The notes under the pieces: model-generated
The model's input: the letters and a program-made list of their open reading frames with translations, nothing else
The model's database searches: none
What the model was told of the DNA's origin: nothing
Shown: positions 18,713 through 29,791 of the stretch, piece by piece
Layout of the letters: every line of letters begins with the position of its first letter
Numbering within the stretch: the stretch's first letter is position 1
NCBI RefSeq assembly: GCF_001457615.1
Contig: NZ_LN831024.1
Span: 1,380,001 to 1,412,000, forward strand
Length of the DNA stretch: 32,000 nt
Reading direction: 5' to 3'
Origin: Pseudomonas aeruginosa
Lineage (GTDB): Bacteria; Pseudomonadota; Gammaproteobacteria; Pseudomonadales; Pseudomonadaceae
Translations under genes and position numbers: made by a program

Positions 18713-19582
18713 ATGGCAGAAATTACTGCAGCCATGGTTAAAGAACTGCGCGAGCGTACCGGCTTGGGCATGATGGAGTGCAAGAAGGCGCTGACCGCCG
18801 CTGGCGGCGACATCGAGAAGGCCATCGACGACATGCGCGCTGCCGGTGCGATCAAGGCTGCCAAGAAGGCCGGCAACATTGCCGCCGAAGGCTCGATCGC
18901 CGTCAAGATCGCTGCCGACAACAAGGCCGCCGTGATCATCGAAGTCAACTCCCAGACCGACTTCCTGGCCCTCCAGGACGACTTCAAGGGCTTCGTCGCC
19001 GAGAGCCTGGAAAAGGCCTTCAACGAGAAGCTGACCGACGCCGCTCCGCTGGTCGAAGCACGTGAGGAAGCTCGTCTGGCCCTGGTCGCCAAGACCGGCG
19101 AGAACGTCAACATCCGCCGCCTGACCCGCGTCGAGGGCGACGTGGTCGGCGCCTACCTGCACGGCCACCGCATCGGTGTCGTGGTCAACCTGAAAGGCGG
19201 CAACCCGGAACTGGCCAAGGACATCGCCATGCATGTCGCCGCCAGCAACCCGCAGTTCCTGAACGCTTCGGAAGTTTCCGAAGAAGCGATCGCGAAAGAG
19301 AAGGAAATCTTCCTGGCGCTGAACGCCGACAAGATCGCCGGCAAGCCGGAGAACATCGTCGAGAACATGGTCAAGGGTCGCATCAGCAAGTTCCTCGCCG
19401 AAGCGAGCCTGGTCGAGCAGCCTTTCGTGAAGAACCCGGAAGTGAAGGTCGGCGACCTGGCCAAGCAGGCCGGCGCCGAAATCGTTTCCTTCGTTCGTTA
19501 CGAAGTGGGCGAAGGCATCGAGAAGGCCGAAGTGGACTTCGCTGCCGAAGTTGCCGCTCAAGTAGCCGCCACCAAGCAGTAA
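18713..19582 (+). CDS. tsf: Translation elongation factor Ts
   Basis: 289 aa, MAEITAAMVKELRERTGLGMMECKKALTAAGGDIEKAIDDMR... Confidence 0.98.
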   Translation: MAEITAAMVKELRERTGLGMMECKKALTAAGGDIEKAIDDMRAAGAIKAAKKAGNIAAEGSIAVKIAADNKAAVIIEVNSQTDFLALQDDFKGFVAESLEKAFNEKLTDAAPLVEAREEARLALVAKTGENVNIRRLTRVEGDVVGAYLHGHRIGVVVNLKGGNPELAKDIAMHVAASNPQFLNASEVSEEAIAKEKEIFLALNADKIAGKPENIVENMVKGRISKFLAEASLVEQPFVKNPEVKVGDLAKQAGAEIVSFVRYEVGEGIEKAEVDFAAEVAAQVAATKQ

Positions 19583-19608
19583 CAAAGACGGTTTCGACTG
19601 TCGCCCCG

Positions 19609-19642
19609 GAAGAGGCTGCCCGCTGATGCGTGCGGCCTCTTC
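19609..19642 (+). other. Inverted repeat / hairpin between tsf and pyrH
   Basis: GAAGAGGCTGC-N12-GCGGCCTCTTC: an 11-bp stem with one G.T wobble and no obvious U-tract after it. Confidence 0.65.
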
Positions 19643-19780
19643 GTCAAATGGGGAAGCGTTCGGGGCAGCTTCCGCGTTGCCGGCCCGCTCGGCGGGCTCG
19701 CACGCAACGCAGGCGCAAAGTCGTCTCCGCCCACGACGGCCCGGCCGTCACGTATTTTTATCGCCGCAGGAGAAAAGGTC

Positions 19781-20518
19781 ATGGCTCAGCAACTGAGCGC
19801 TCGTCAACCTCGCTATAAACGCATTCTTCTAAAGTTGAGCGGCGAAGCCCTGATGGGCTCGGAGGAGTTCGGCATCGATCCCAAGGTGCTGGACCGCATG
19901 GCGCTGGAAATCGGCCAGTTGGTCGGGATCGGCGTGCAGGTCGGCCTGGTCATCGGCGGCGGCAACCTGTTCCGCGGCGCGGCCCTGTCCGCGGCCGGCA
20001 TGGACCGGGTGACCGGCGACCACATGGGGATGCTGGCCACCGTGATGAACGGCCTGGCGATGCGCGATGCGCTGGAGCGCTCGAACATCCCCGCGCTGGT
20101 GATGTCGGCGATCTCCATGGTCGGTGTGACCGACCACTACGACCGCCGCAAGGCCATGCGCCACCTCGGCGGTGGCGAGGTGGTGATCTTCTCCGCCGGT
20201 ACCGGCAACCCGTTCTTCACCACCGACTCGGCGGCTTGCCTGCGCGCCATCGAGATCGACGCCGACGTGGTCCTTAAGGCTACCAAGGTCGATGGCGTGT
20301 ACACTGCCGACCCGTTCAAGGACCCGAATGCCGAGAAGTTCGAGCGCCTGACCTATGATGAAGTGCTCGACCGCAAGCTCGGCGTGATGGACCTGACCGC
20401 CATCTGCCTGTGCCGTGACCAGAACATGCCGCTGCGGGTGTTCAACATGAACAAGCCGGGCGCATTGCTGAATATTGTTGTTGGTGGTGCCGAAGGCACC
20501 CTGATCGAGGAGGGTTGA
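19781..20518 (+). CDS. pyrH: Uridylate kinase
   Basis: 245 aa, ...[53 protein letters not shown]... Confidence 0.97.
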   Translation: MAQQLSARQPRYKRILLKLSGEALMGSEEFGIDPKVLDRMALEIGQLVGIGVQVGLVIGGGNLFRGAALSAAGMDRVTGDHMGMLATVMNGLAMRDALERSNIPALVMSAISMVGVTDHYDRRKAMRHLGGGEVVIFSAGTGNPFFTTDSAACLRAIEIDADVVLKATKVDGVYTADPFKDPNAEKFERLTYDEVLDRKLGVMDLTAICLCRDQNMPLRVFNMNKPGALLNIVVGGAEGTLIEEG

Positions 20519-20520
20519 GA

Positions 20521-21078
20521 ATGATCAACGAGATCAAGAAGGAAGCGCAGGAGCGCATGGGCAAGACCCTGGAAGCGCTGGGCCATGCCTTCGCGAAGAT
20601 TCGTACCGGTCGCGCGCATCCGAGCATCCTGGATAGCGTGATGGTTTCCTATTACGGGGCCGATACGCCGCTGCGCCAGGTCGCCAACGTCACCGTGGAA
20701 GACTCCCGTACCCTGGCCCTGGCCGTGTTCGACAAGAGCATGATCCAGGCGGTCGAGAAGGCCATCATGACCTCCGACCTGGGGCTCAACCCGGCCACCG
20801 CCGGCACCACCATCCGCGTACCGATGCCGGCCCTGACCGAGGAGACCCGCAAGGGCTACACCAAGCAGGCGCGTGCCGAGGCCGAGCAGGCGCGGGTTTC
20901 CGTGCGCAACATCCGTCGCGATGCGCTGGCCCAGTTGAAGGACCTGCAGAAGGAAAAGGAAATCAGCGAGGACGAAGAGCGCCGCGCCGGCGACGACGTG
21001 CAGAAGCTGACCGACAAGTTCATCGGTGAGATCGAGAAGGCACTGGAAGCCAAAGAAGCGGACCTCATGGCTGTCTGA
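20521..21078 (+). CDS. frr: Ribosome recycling factor
   Basis: 185 aa from ATG 20521, [46 protein letters not shown]... Confidence 0.97.
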   Translation: MINEIKKEAQERMGKTLEALGHAFAKIRTGRAHPSILDSVMVSYYGADTPLRQVANVTVEDSRTLALAVFDKSMIQAVEKAIMTSDLGLNPATAGTTIRVPMPALTEETRKGYTKQARAEAEQARVSVRNIRRDALAQLKDLQKEKEISEDEERRAGDDVQKLTDKFIGEIEKALEAKEADLMAV

Positions 21079-21093
21079 GGCCGGGCTGACGTC

Positions 21094-21849
21094 ATGGAAA
21101 AGACCCGGAAGGATGTGTGCGTGCCACGCCACGTGGCCATTATCATGGACGGTAACAATCGCTGGGCGAAGAAGCGTCTTCTGCCCGGCGTCGCCGGCCA
21201 CAAGGCCGGTGTCGATGCCGTCAGGGCGGTGATCGAGGTCTGCGCCGAGGCAGGGGTCGAGGTCCTCACCCTGTTCGCGTTCTCCAGCGAGAACTGGCAG
21301 CGTCCGGCGGACGAAGTCAGCGCGCTGATGGAGCTGTTTCTCGTGGCCCTGCGCCGCGAGGTGCGCAAGCTCGACGAGAACGGCATCCGCCTGCGCATCA
21401 TCGGCGATCGCACGCGTTTCCATCCGGAGTTGCAGGCGGCCATGCGCGAAGCGGAAGCCGCCACTGCCGGCAATACCCGTTTCCTCCTCCAGGTCGCCGC
21501 CAACTACGGCGGCCAGTGGGACATCGTCCAGGCCGCACAGCGCCTGGCGCGCGAGGTCCAGGGCGGGCACCTGGCGGCGGACGATATCTCCGCCGAGCTG
21601 CTCCAGGGCTGCCTGGTGACCGGCGACCAGCCGCTGCCCGACCTGTGCATCCGCACCGGCGGCGAGCATCGCATCAGCAATTTCCTTCTCTGGCAGCTGG
21701 CCTACGCCGAGCTGTATTTCTCCGACCTGTTCTGGCCCGACTTCAAGCACGCGGCGATGCGGGCTGCCCTGGCGGATTTCTCCAAGCGCCAGCGCCGCTT
21801 CGGCAAGACCAGCGAGCAAGTCGAGGCCGAGGCCCGTCCGTCATGCTGA
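21094..21849 (+). CDS. uppS: Undecaprenyl diphosphate synthase
   Basis: 251 aa, ...HVAIIMDGNNRWAKKR...FAFSSENWQRP...LPDLCIRTGGEHRISNFLLWQLAYAELYFSDLFWPDF. Confidence 0.97.
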   Translation: MEKTRKDVCVPRHVAIIMDGNNRWAKKRLLPGVAGHKAGVDAVRAVIEVCAEAGVEVLTLFAFSSENWQRPADEVSALMELFLVALRREVRKLDENGIRLRIIGDRTRFHPELQAAMREAEAATAGNTRFLLQVAANYGGQWDIVQAAQRLAREVQGGHLAADDISAELLQGCLVTGDQPLPDLCIRTGGEHRISNFLLWQLAYAELYFSDLFWPDFKHAAMRAALADFSKRQRRFGKTSEQVEAEARPSC

Positions 21850-22658
21850 AACAACGGATCATCACGGCGCTGGTGCTTTTGCCCATCGCGCTGGGTGGTT
21901 TTTTCCTTCTCGAAGGGGCGTTCTTCGCCCTGTTCATCGGCGCGGTGGTGAGCCTGGGGGCCTGGGAATGGGCGCGCCTGGCCGGCTATGAACAACAGTT
22001 CGGCCGCGTTGCCTACGCGGCGACGGTCGCCGTGCTGATGGTCGCTCTCTACCATCTGCCGCAGCTTGCCGGAGCCGTGCTGCTGCTGGCGCTGGTCTGG
22101 TGGACGCTGGCCACCGTGCTGGTGCTCACCTACCCGGAAAGCGTCGGCTACTGGGGCGGCCGCTGGCGCCGCCTGGGCATGGGCCTGCTGATCCTGTTGC
22201 CGGCCTGGCAGGGGCTGGTCCTGCTCAAGCAGTGGCCGCTGGCCAATGGCCTGATCATCGCCGTGATGGTGCTGGTCTGGGGCGCGGATATCGGCGCCTA
22301 CTTCTCCGGCAAGGCCTTCGGCAAGCGCAAGCTGGCGCCGCGGGTCAGCCCCGGCAAGAGCTGGGAAGGCGTTTACGGCGGCCTGGCGGCCAGCCTGGCG
22401 ATCACCCTGGCGGTCGGCCTCTACCGCGGCTGGTCCCTCGGCGCGCTGCTCCTGGCCCTGCTCGGCGCGGCGCTGGTGGTGTTCGTCTCGATCGTCGGCG
22501 ACCTCACCGAAAGCATGTTCAAGCGCCAATCCGGAATCAAGGACAGCAGCAACCTGCTGCCCGGCCACGGTGGCGTGCTGGATCGCATCGACAGCCTGAC
22601 GGCAGCCATCCCGGTGTTCGCGGCCCTGCTCTGGGCCGCCGGCTGGGGTGCGCCATGA
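21843..22658 (+). CDS. cdsA: Phosphatidate cytidylyltransferase
   Basis: 271 aa from ATG 21843, overlapping the uppS end. [25 protein letters not shown]...; C-terminal signature [38 protein letters not shown]. Confidence 0.96.
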   Translation: MLKQRIITALVLLPIALGGFFLLEGAFFALFIGAVVSLGAWEWARLAGYEQQFGRVAYAATVAVLMVALYHLPQLAGAVLLLALVWWTLATVLVLTYPESVGYWGGRWRRLGMGLLILLPAWQGLVLLKQWPLANGLIIAVMVLVWGADIGAYFSGKAFGKRKLAPRVSPGKSWEGVYGGLAASLAITLAVGLYRGWSLGALLLALLGAALVVFVSIVGDLTESMFKRQSGIKDSSNLLPGHGGVLDRIDSLTAAIPVFAALLWAAGWGAP

Positions 22659-23845
22659 GTCGACCGCAGCGGATCAGCGTGCTCGGCGCGACCGGCTCGA
22701 TCGGCCTGAGCACCCTGGACGTCGTCCAGCGTCATCCCGATCGTTACGAAGCCTTCGCCCTGACTGGCTTCAGCCGCCTGGCCGAACTCGAGGCGCTGTG
22801 CCTCAGGCACCGCCCCGTCTATGCGGTGGTGCCGGAGCAGGCCGCGGCGATTGCCTTGCAGGGCTCGCTCGCCGCGGCGGGTATCCGCACCCGGGTGCTG
22901 TTCGGCGAGCAGGCGTTGTGCGAAGTGGCCAGCGCGCCCGAAGTGGACATGGTAATGGCGGCCATCGTCGGCGCCGCCGGGCTGCCGTCGACCCTGGCGG
23001 CCGTCGAGGCCGGCAAGCGCGTACTGCTGGCCAACAAGGAGGCGCTGGTGATGTCCGGCGCGCTGTTCATGCAGGCGGTCAAGCGCAGCGGCGCGGTGCT
23101 CCTGCCGATCGACAGCGAGCACAACGCGATCTTCCAGTCGCTGCCGCGCAATTATGCCGATGGCCTGGAGCGGGTCGGCGTGCGCCGGATCCTCTTGACC
23201 GCCTCCGGCGGCCCGTTCCGCGAGACGCCGCTGGAGCAACTCGCTTCGGTGACGCCGGAGCAGGCTTGTGCGCACCCGAACTGGTCGATGGGGCGGAAGA
23301 TTTCCGTCGACTCCGCCAGCATGATGAACAAGGGGCTCGAACTGATCGAGGCGTGCTGGCTGTTCGACGCCCAGCCGAGCCAGGTCGAGGTGGTGATCCA
23401 CCCGCAGAGCGTGATCCACTCGATGGTGGACTACGTCGACGGTTCGGTGATCGCCCAGCTCGGCAATCCGGACATGCGCACGCCGATTTCCTATGCCATG
23501 GCCTGGCCGGAGCGAATCGATTCCGGCGTTTCGCCGCTGGATATGTTCGCCGTCGGTCGCCTGGATTTCCAGCGCCCCGACGAGCAGCGCTTCCCCTGCC
23601 TGCGCCTGGCGAGCCAGGCCGCGGAAACCGGCGGCAGCGCCCCGGCCATGCTGAATGCCGCGAACGAGGTGGCCGTGGCCGCATTTCTCGAGCGGCGCAT
23701 CCGCTTCAGCGACATCGCGGTTATCATCGAGGACGTGCTGAACCGCGAGGCGGTGACCGCAGTCGAATCGCTCGATCAGGTCCTGGCCGCCGATCGCCGC
23801 GCCCGTTCGGTCGCCGGGCAATGGTTGACCCGACACGCCGGCTAG
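22655..23845 (+). CDS. dxr: 1-deoxy-D-xylulose 5-phosphate reductoisomerase
   Basis: 396 aa, [36 protein letters not shown]..., with [15 protein letters not shown] and [19 protein letters not shown] motifs. Confidence 0.97.
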   Translation: MSRPQRISVLGATGSIGLSTLDVVQRHPDRYEAFALTGFSRLAELEALCLRHRPVYAVVPEQAAAIALQGSLAAAGIRTRVLFGEQALCEVASAPEVDMVMAAIVGAAGLPSTLAAVEAGKRVLLANKEALVMSGALFMQAVKRSGAVLLPIDSEHNAIFQSLPRNYADGLERVGVRRILLTASGGPFRETPLEQLASVTPEQACAHPNWSMGRKISVDSASMMNKGLELIEACWLFDAQPSQVEVVIHPQSVIHSMVDYVDGSVIAQLGNPDMRTPISYAMAWPERIDSGVSPLDMFAVGRLDFQRPDEQRFPCLRLASQAAETGGSAPAMLNAANEVAVAAFLERRIRFSDIAVIIEDVLNREAVTAVESLDQVLAADRRARSVAGQWLTRHAG

Positions 23846-23870
23846 TCTTCGGACGGCCTGGAGGTAGGAG

Positions 23871-25223
23871 ATGAGTGCGCTTTACATGATCGTCGGTACC
23901 CTGGTGGCCCTGGGCGTGCTGGTGACGTTCCACGAATTCGGCCACTTCTGGGTCGCGCGACGCTGCGGGGTGAAGGTCCTGCGCTTCTCCGTCGGCTTCG
24001 GCACGCCGCTGGTGCGCTGGCACGACCGGCACGGCACCGAGTTCGTGGTGGCGGCCATTCCGCTGGGCGGCTACGTCAAGATGCTCGACGAGCGCGAGGC
24101 GGAAGTACCGGCCCATCTGCTCGAACAGTCCTTCAATCGCAAGACGGTCCGTCAGCGGATCGCCATCGTCGCGGCTGGTCCCATCGCCAATTTCCTACTG
24201 GCGATTCTGTTCTTCTGGGTCGTCGCCCTGCTCGGTAGCCAGCAGGTACGCCCGGTCATCGGTTCCGTGGTGCCGGAGAGCCTGGCCGCCCAGGCCGGCC
24301 TGGAGGCCGGGCAGGAGCTGCTGGCGGTGGATGGCGAGCCCGTCACCGGCTGGAACGGGGTCAACCTGCAGCTGGTTCGCCGTCTCGGCGAGAGCGGTAC
24401 GCTGGAAGTGCGGGTGCAGGAAAAAGGCTCGAATGTCGATTCCACCCACCAGGTGCGTCTGGATGGCTGGCTGAAGGGCGAGGACAATCCCGATCCCATC
24501 GCCTCGCTGGGCATCCGGCCCTGGCGGCCGGCCTTGCCGCCGGTGCTGGCCGAACTCGACCCCAAGGGGCCGGCGCAGGCCGCCGGACTGAAGCTCGGCG
24601 ACCGCTTGCAGAGCATCGATGGCATCGCCGTCGACGACTGGCAGCAGGTGGTGGACAGCGTCCGTGCCCGTCCCGGGCAGCGCGTCCAGCTCAAGGTGCT
24701 GCGCGACGGCGAAGTGCTGGATGTTGCCCTGGAACTGGCGGTGCGCGGCGAGGGCAAGGCCCGGAGCGGCTACATGGGGGCGGGGGTCGCCGGTACCGAA
24801 TGGCCGGCGGAAATGCTCCGCGAAGTGAGCTACGGACCGCTGGAGGCGGTGGGTCAGGCGCTTTCCCGAACCTGGACCATGAGCCTGCTAACGCTCGACT
24901 CCATAAAGAAAATGTTGCTCGGCGAGCTCTCGGTAAAAAACTTGAGCGGGCCGATAACCATTGCTAAAGTGGCGGGCGCTTCAGCCCAGTCTGGCGTGGG
25001 GGATTTTCTCAATTTCCTGGCCTATCTGAGCATTAGCTTGGGGGTTCTCAACCTGCTGCCGATCCCTGTCCTCGATGGCGGGCATCTGCTGTTCTATCTG
25101 GTTGAGTGGGTGCGCGGGCGCCCATTATCCGAACGGGTACAGGCTTGGGGGATGCAGATCGGCATCAGTCTGGTCGTTGGCGTGATGTTGCTCGCTCTGG
25201 TCAACGATCTGAGTCGTCTGTAG
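23871..25223 (+). CDS. rseP: Site-2 intramembrane metalloprotease RseP (MucP)
   Basis: 450 aa with zinc motif HEFGH, PDZ region and C-terminal LNLLPIPVLDGGHLLFYLVE. Confidence 0.97.
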   Translation: MSALYMIVGTLVALGVLVTFHEFGHFWVARRCGVKVLRFSVGFGTPLVRWHDRHGTEFVVAAIPLGGYVKMLDEREAEVPAHLLEQSFNRKTVRQRIAIVAAGPIANFLLAILFFWVVALLGSQQVRPVIGSVVPESLAAQAGLEAGQELLAVDGEPVTGWNGVNLQLVRRLGESGTLEVRVQEKGSNVDSTHQVRLDGWLKGEDNPDPIASLGIRPWRPALPPVLAELDPKGPAQAAGLKLGDRLQSIDGIAVDDWQQVVDSVRARPGQRVQLKVLRDGEVLDVALELAVRGEGKARSGYMGAGVAGTEWPAEMLREVSYGPLEAVGQALSRTWTMSLLTLDSIKKMLLGELSVKNLSGPITIAKVAGASAQSGVGDFLNFLAYLSISLGVLNLLPIPVLDGGHLLFYLVEWVRGRPLSERVQAWGMQIGISLVVGVMLLALVNDLSRL

Positions 25224-25236
25224 TCATGTTGAATTC

Positions 25237-25263
25237 GAATCTGCCGCCCTTTGCGGCAGATTC
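25237..25263 (+). other. Perfect hairpin in the rseP-bamA intergenic region, possible attenuator or processing site
   Basis: GAATCTGCCGC-CCTTT-GCGGCAGATTC, an 11-bp perfect stem with a 5-nt loop, followed by TCTATTTG and lying 31 nt before the bamA ATG. Confidence 0.75.
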
Positions 25264-25293
25264 TCTATTTGTCAGTTGGAAAAAAAGGACTCC

Positions 25294-27687
25294 ATGAAAC
25301 GCTTTCTGCTACCCGCGCTGCTGTCAGCGCTGATGATCGCCGAGGTTCACGCCGAGTCCTTCACTGTTTCCGATATCCGGGTCAATGGCCTGCAGCGCGT
25401 GTCCGCCGGTAGCGTGTTCGCCGCCCTGCCGCTGAACGTCGGCGAGACCATCGACGACCAGGCCCTGGTCCAGGCCACCCGCTCCCTGTTCAAGACCGGC
25501 TTCTTCCAGGACATCCAGCTCGGCCGTGATGGCAACGTGCTGGTAGTCACTGTAGTCGAGCGCCCGTCGATCTCCAGCATCGAGATCGAGGGCAACAAGG
25601 CGATCTCCAAGGAAGACCTGCTCAAGGGCCTGAAACAGTCCGGCCTGGCCGAGGGCGAGATCTTCCAGCGCGCCACCCTCGAAGGCGTGCGCAACGAGCT
25701 GCAACGCCAGTACGTGGCCCAGGGCCGCTACTCGGCCGAGATCAACGCGGAAGTGATCCCGCAGCCGCGCAACCGCGTCGCGCTGAAGATCAACATCAAC
25801 GAAGGCACGGTCGCCGCGATTTCCCACATCAACGTGGTGGGCAACACCGTCTTCTCCGAAGAAGACCTGACCGACCTGTTCGAACTGAAGACCACCAACT
25901 GGCTGTCGTTCTTCAAGAACGACGACAAGTACGCCCGCGAAAAGCTCTCCGGCGACCTCGAGCGCCTGCGCTCCTATTACCTGGACCGCGGCTACATCAA
26001 CATGGATATCGCCTCCACCCAGGTATCCATCACCCCGGACAAGAAGCACGTCTACATCACCGTCAACATCAACGAGGGTGAGAAGTACACCATCCGCGAC
26101 GTGAAGCTGACCGGCGACCTGAAGGTGCCGGAAGAGGAAGTGAAGCGCCTGCTGCTGGTACAGAAGGGCCAGGTGTTCTCGCGCAAGGTGATGACCACCA
26201 CCTCCGACCTAATCACCCGTCGCCTGGGCAACGAGGGCTACACCTTCGCCAACGTCAACGGCGTGCCGGAAGCCCATGACGACGACAAGACCGTCTCGGT
26301 GACCTTCGTCGTCGACCCGGGCAAGCGCGCCTACGTCAACCGCATCAACTTCCGCGGCAACACCAAGACCGAAGACGAAGTGCTGCGCCGCGAAATGCGC
26401 CAGATGGAAGGCGGCTGGGCCTCTACCTACCTGATCGACCAGTCCAAGGCCCGTCTGGAGCGCCTCGGCTACTTCAAGGAAGTCAACGTCGAGACCCCGG
26501 CGGTTCCCGGCACCGACGACCAGGTCGACGTCAACTACAGCGTCGAAGAGCAACCGTCCGGCTCGATCACCGCCAGCGTCGGCTTCGCCCAGAGCGCCGG
26601 CCTGATCCTCGGCGGCTCGATCAGCCAGAACAACTTCCTGGGTACCGGCAACAAGGTCAGCATCGGCCTGACCCGCAGCGAATACCAAACCCGCTACAAC
26701 TTCGGCTTCGTCGACCCCTACTGGACCGTCGACGGCGTCAGCCTCGGCTACAATGCCTTCTACCGGAAGACCGACTACGACGAACTCGACGTCGACGTCG
26801 CCAGCTACTCGGTGAACAGCCTGGGCGCCGGCATGAGCATCGGCTACCCGATCAGCGAGACCTCGCGCCTGACCTATGGCCTGAGCGTGCAGCGCGACCA
26901 GATCGACACCGGCCGCTACACCGTGGACGAGATCTACGACTTCCTCGACAAGGAAGGCGACAACTTCACCAACTTCAAGGCTTCCATCGGCTGGTCCGAA
27001 TCGACCCTGAACAAGGGCGTACTGGCCACCCGTGGTCACTCGCAGAGCCTGACCCTGGAAACCACCCTGCCGGGCAGCGACCTGTCGTTCTACAAGATCG
27101 ACTACCGTGGCCAGGTCTTCGCCCCGCTGACCGACAACTACACCATGCGCTTCCACACCGAGCTGGGCTATGGCGACGGCTACGGATCCACCGAGCGCCT
27201 GCCGTTCTACGAGAACTACTACGCCGGCGGCTTCAACTCGGTGCGGGGCTTCAAGGACAGCACGCTGGGCCCGCGCAGTACGCCCTCTGTGGCTCGTAAT
27301 CCAGACGGTACGCCTATGAAGAACCAAGGGCCTGACAGCAAGGGCCGTTACACCGACCCGGACCAGGATCCCGAAGCCTTCGGTGGTAACATCCTGATCA
27401 CCGGCGGCGCCGAGCTGCTGTTCCCGCTGCCGTTCGTCAAGGACCAGCGCCAGTTGCGTACCGTGCTGTTCTGGGACGTGGGTAGCACCTTCGATACCGA
27501 CTGCCCGACCAAGACCACCACCAACTGCGACGGCATCAAGACCGACAACCTCGCCAGTTCCGTGGGCGTCGGCCTGACCTGGATCACCGCGCTGGGCCCG
27601 CTGAGCTTCAGCCTGGCGACGCCGATCAAGAAGCCGGACAACGCGGAAACCCAGGTCTTCCAGTTCTCCCTGGGCCAGACCTTCTGA
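25294..27687 (+). CDS. bamA: Outer membrane protein assembly factor BamA (Opr86/Omp85)
   Basis: 797 aa with signal peptide (MKRFLLPALLSALMIAEVHA), POTRA repeats, the VRGF motif (GGFNSVRGFKDSTLGPRS) and a C-terminal aromatic residue (FQFSLGQTF). Confidence 0.98.
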   Translation: MKRFLLPALLSALMIAEVHAESFTVSDIRVNGLQRVSAGSVFAALPLNVGETIDDQALVQATRSLFKTGFFQDIQLGRDGNVLVVTVVERPSISSIEIEGNKAISKEDLLKGLKQSGLAEGEIFQRATLEGVRNELQRQYVAQGRYSAEINAEVIPQPRNRVALKININEGTVAAISHINVVGNTVFSEEDLTDLFELKTTNWLSFFKNDDKYAREKLSGDLERLRSYYLDRGYINMDIASTQVSITPDKKHVYITVNINEGEKYTIRDVKLTGDLKVPEEEVKRLLLVQKGQVFSRKVMTTTSDLITRRLGNEGYTFANVNGVPEAHDDDKTVSVTFVVDPGKRAYVNRINFRGNTKTEDEVLRREMRQMEGGWASTYLIDQSKARLERLGYFKEVNVETPAVPGTDDQVDVNYSVEEQPSGSITASVGFAQSAGLILGGSISQNNFLGTGNKVSIGLTRSEYQTRYNFGFVDPYWTVDGVSLGYNAFYRKTDYDELDVDVASYSVNSLGAGMSIGYPISETSRLTYGLSVQRDQIDTGRYTVDEIYDFLDKEGDNFTNFKASIGWSESTLNKGVLATRGHSQSLTLETTLPGSDLSFYKIDYRGQVFAPLTDNYTMRFHTELGYGDGYGSTERLPFYENYYAGGFNSVRGFKDSTLGPRSTPSVARNPDGTPMKNQGPDSKGRYTDPDQDPEAFGGNILITGGAELLFPLPFVKDQRQLRTVLFWDVGSTFDTDCPTKTTTNCDGIKTDNLASSVGVGLTWITALGPLSFSLATPIKKPDNAETQVFQFSLGQTF

Positions 27688-27737
27688 TTTGTACGTAGTA
27701 CCGAGTAACGAAACCATGCTTTGTGCAGGAGTGCATC

Positions 27738-28244
27738 GTGCGTAAGTTCACCCAGTTCGTCCTGATCACCGCAGCCATCATGGCGGCTCCTTCGGCGTTC
27801 GCTGAAATGAAGATCGCGGTGCTCAACTACCAGATGGCGCTGCTCGAGTCCGATGCCGCCAAGCAATACGCCGTGGATGCCGAGAAGAAGTTCGGCCCCC
27901 AGCTGAACAAGCTGAAGAACCTCGAGCGCGACGCCAAGGCGCTGCAGGACAAGCTGGTTTCCAACGGCAGCAAGATGTCCCAGGGCGACCGCGAGAAGGC
28001 CGAGCTGGACTTCAAGCAGAAGGCCCGTGACTTCCAGTTCCAGTCCAAGGAATTGAACGAGTCGAAGGCCGCCGCCGACCGCGACATGCTGAAGAAACTC
28101 AAGCCGAAGCTGGACCAGGCCGTCGAGGAGACCATCAAGAAAGGTGGTTACGACATGGTCATCGAACGTGGCGCCGTGGTCGACGTCAAGCCGCAATACG
28201 ACATCACCCGCCAGGTGATCGAGCGGATGAACCAGCTGCGTTGA
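27738..28244 (+). CDS. skp: Periplasmic chaperone Skp/OmpH family
   Basis: 168 aa with a probable GTG start at 27738, [52 protein letters not shown]..., and a helical tentacle-like region. Confidence 0.94.
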
Positions 28245-29305
28245 TGATGAGTACCTTGTCCTACACCCTGGGCCAGCTGGCCGCGCATGTCGGCGCGGAA
28301 GTCCGTGGCGACGCGGACCTGCCGATCCAGGGCCTGGCGACCTTGCAGGAGGCCGGACCGGCTCAGCTGAGCTTCCTGGCCAACCCGCAGTATCGCAAGT
28401 ACCTGCCCGAAAGCCGTGCCGGCGCCGTCCTGCTGACGGCTGCCGACGCCGACGGGTTCGCCGGTACCGCGCTGGTGGTGGCCAACCCCTACCTGGCCTA
28501 TGCCAGCCTGTCGCACCTGTTCGATCGCAAACCGAAGGCGGCCGCCGGTATCCATCCTACCGCCATCGTCGCGGCGGACGCCGAGGTCGATCCGAGCGCC
28601 AGCGTCGGCGCCTATGCGGTGATCGAGAGTGGCGCCCGCATCGGCGCTGGCGTCAGCATCGGCGCGCACTGCGTGATCGGAGCCCGTAGCGTGATCGGCG
28701 AAGGCGGCTGGCTGGCGCCGCGGGTCACGCTCTACCACGACGTCACCATCGGCGCGCGGGTGAGTATCCAGTCGGGCGCGGTGATCGGCGGCGAAGGTTT
28801 CGGTTTCGCCAACGAGAAGGGCGTCTGGCAGAAGATCGCCCAGATCGGCGGGGTGACCATCGGTGACGACGTCGAGATCGGCGCGAACACCACCATCGAC
28901 CGTGGAGCACTGTCCGATACGCTGATCGGCAACGGTGTGAAGCTGGACAACCAGATCATGATCGCGCACAACGTGCAGATCGGCGATCATACCGCCATGG
29001 CCGCTTGCGTCGGCATTTCCGGCAGCGCCAAGATCGGCAGGCATTGCATGCTCGCCGGCGGCGTTGGCCTGGTCGGCCATATCGAGATCTGCGACAACGT
29101 TTTCGTGACCGGCATGACCATGGTGACCCGCTCGATCACCGAGCCGGGATCGTATTCCTCCGGTACCGCCATGCAACCGGCGGCCGAATGGAAAAAAAGC
29201 GCCGCGCGCATTCGTCAACTGGACGACATGGCGCGTCGACTTCAGCAGCTGGAAAAACGCCTGGCTGCCGTGACCTCAAGCGGTGACGCTTCATCTGATG
29301 CGTAA
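28244..29305 (+). CDS. lpxD: UDP-3-O-(3-hydroxyacyl)glucosamine N-acyltransferase
   Basis: 353 aa with hexapeptide repeats, [51 protein letters not shown]... Start could be 28244 or 28247. Confidence 0.96.
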
Positions 29306-29350
29306 TTGACGTTTTTTGCGTCACCCTTTTCTGAACAGGCTCCCCCTAAC

Positions 29351-29791
29351 ATGATGGACATCAACGAGATTCGCGAATACCTGCCTCATCGCTATCCTTT
29401 CCTGCTGGTGGATCGGGTGGTAGAGCTGGACATCGAGGGCAAGCGCATTCGCGCCTACAAGAATGTCAGTATCAATGAGCCGTTCTTCAACGGACATTTC
29501 CCCGAGCACCCGATCATGCCGGGCGTGCTGATCATCGAGGCGATGGCCCAGGCGGCCGGTATCCTCGGTTTCAAGATGCTCGACGTGAAGCCCGCCGACG
29601 GCACCCTTTACTACTTCGTCGGTTCGGACAAGCTGCGCTTCCGCCAGCCGGTCCTGCCGGGCGACCAACTGCAACTGCACGCCAAGTTCATCAGCGTGAA
29701 GCGCAGCATCTGGAAATTCGACTGCCACGCTACCGTCGACGACAAGCCGGTATGCTCGGCTGAAATCATCTGTGCGGAACGCAAACTATGA
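29351..29791 (+). CDS. fabZ: 3-hydroxyacyl-[acyl-carrier-protein] dehydratase
   Basis: 146 aa from ATG 29351, [27 protein letters not shown]...[26 protein letters not shown]. Confidence 0.97.
   Translation: MMDINEIREYLPHRYPFLLVDRVVELDIEGKRIRAYKNVSINEPFFNGHFPEHPIMPGVLIIEAMAQAAGILGFKMLDVKPADGTLYYFVGSDKLRFRQPVLPGDQLQLHAKFISVKRSIWKFDCHATVDDKPVCSAEIICAERKL

Noticed and set aside
22100-23874. Long + strand ORFs (581 and 408 aa) over cdsA/dxr
   Set aside because: These are alternative frames of the same region as convincing cdsA and dxr, with Arg/Pro/Gly-rich low-complexity translation and no family match.
18389-29218. Multiple long - strand ORFs opposite rpsB, tsf, frr/uppS, cdsA, dxr, bamA, lpxD (for example 20353..21819, 22421..23836, 26209..27717, 28148..29218)
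   Set aside because: Each is antisense to a strongly supported essential gene and lacks recognisable domains. Without ribosome profiling or conservation there is no support for coding.
29307-29323. TGACG-TTTTTTG-CGTCA between lpxD and fabZ as a terminator
   Set aside because: The stem is only 5 bp and the T-run is in the loop, not after the stem. It is unlikely to terminate and too short to interpret.
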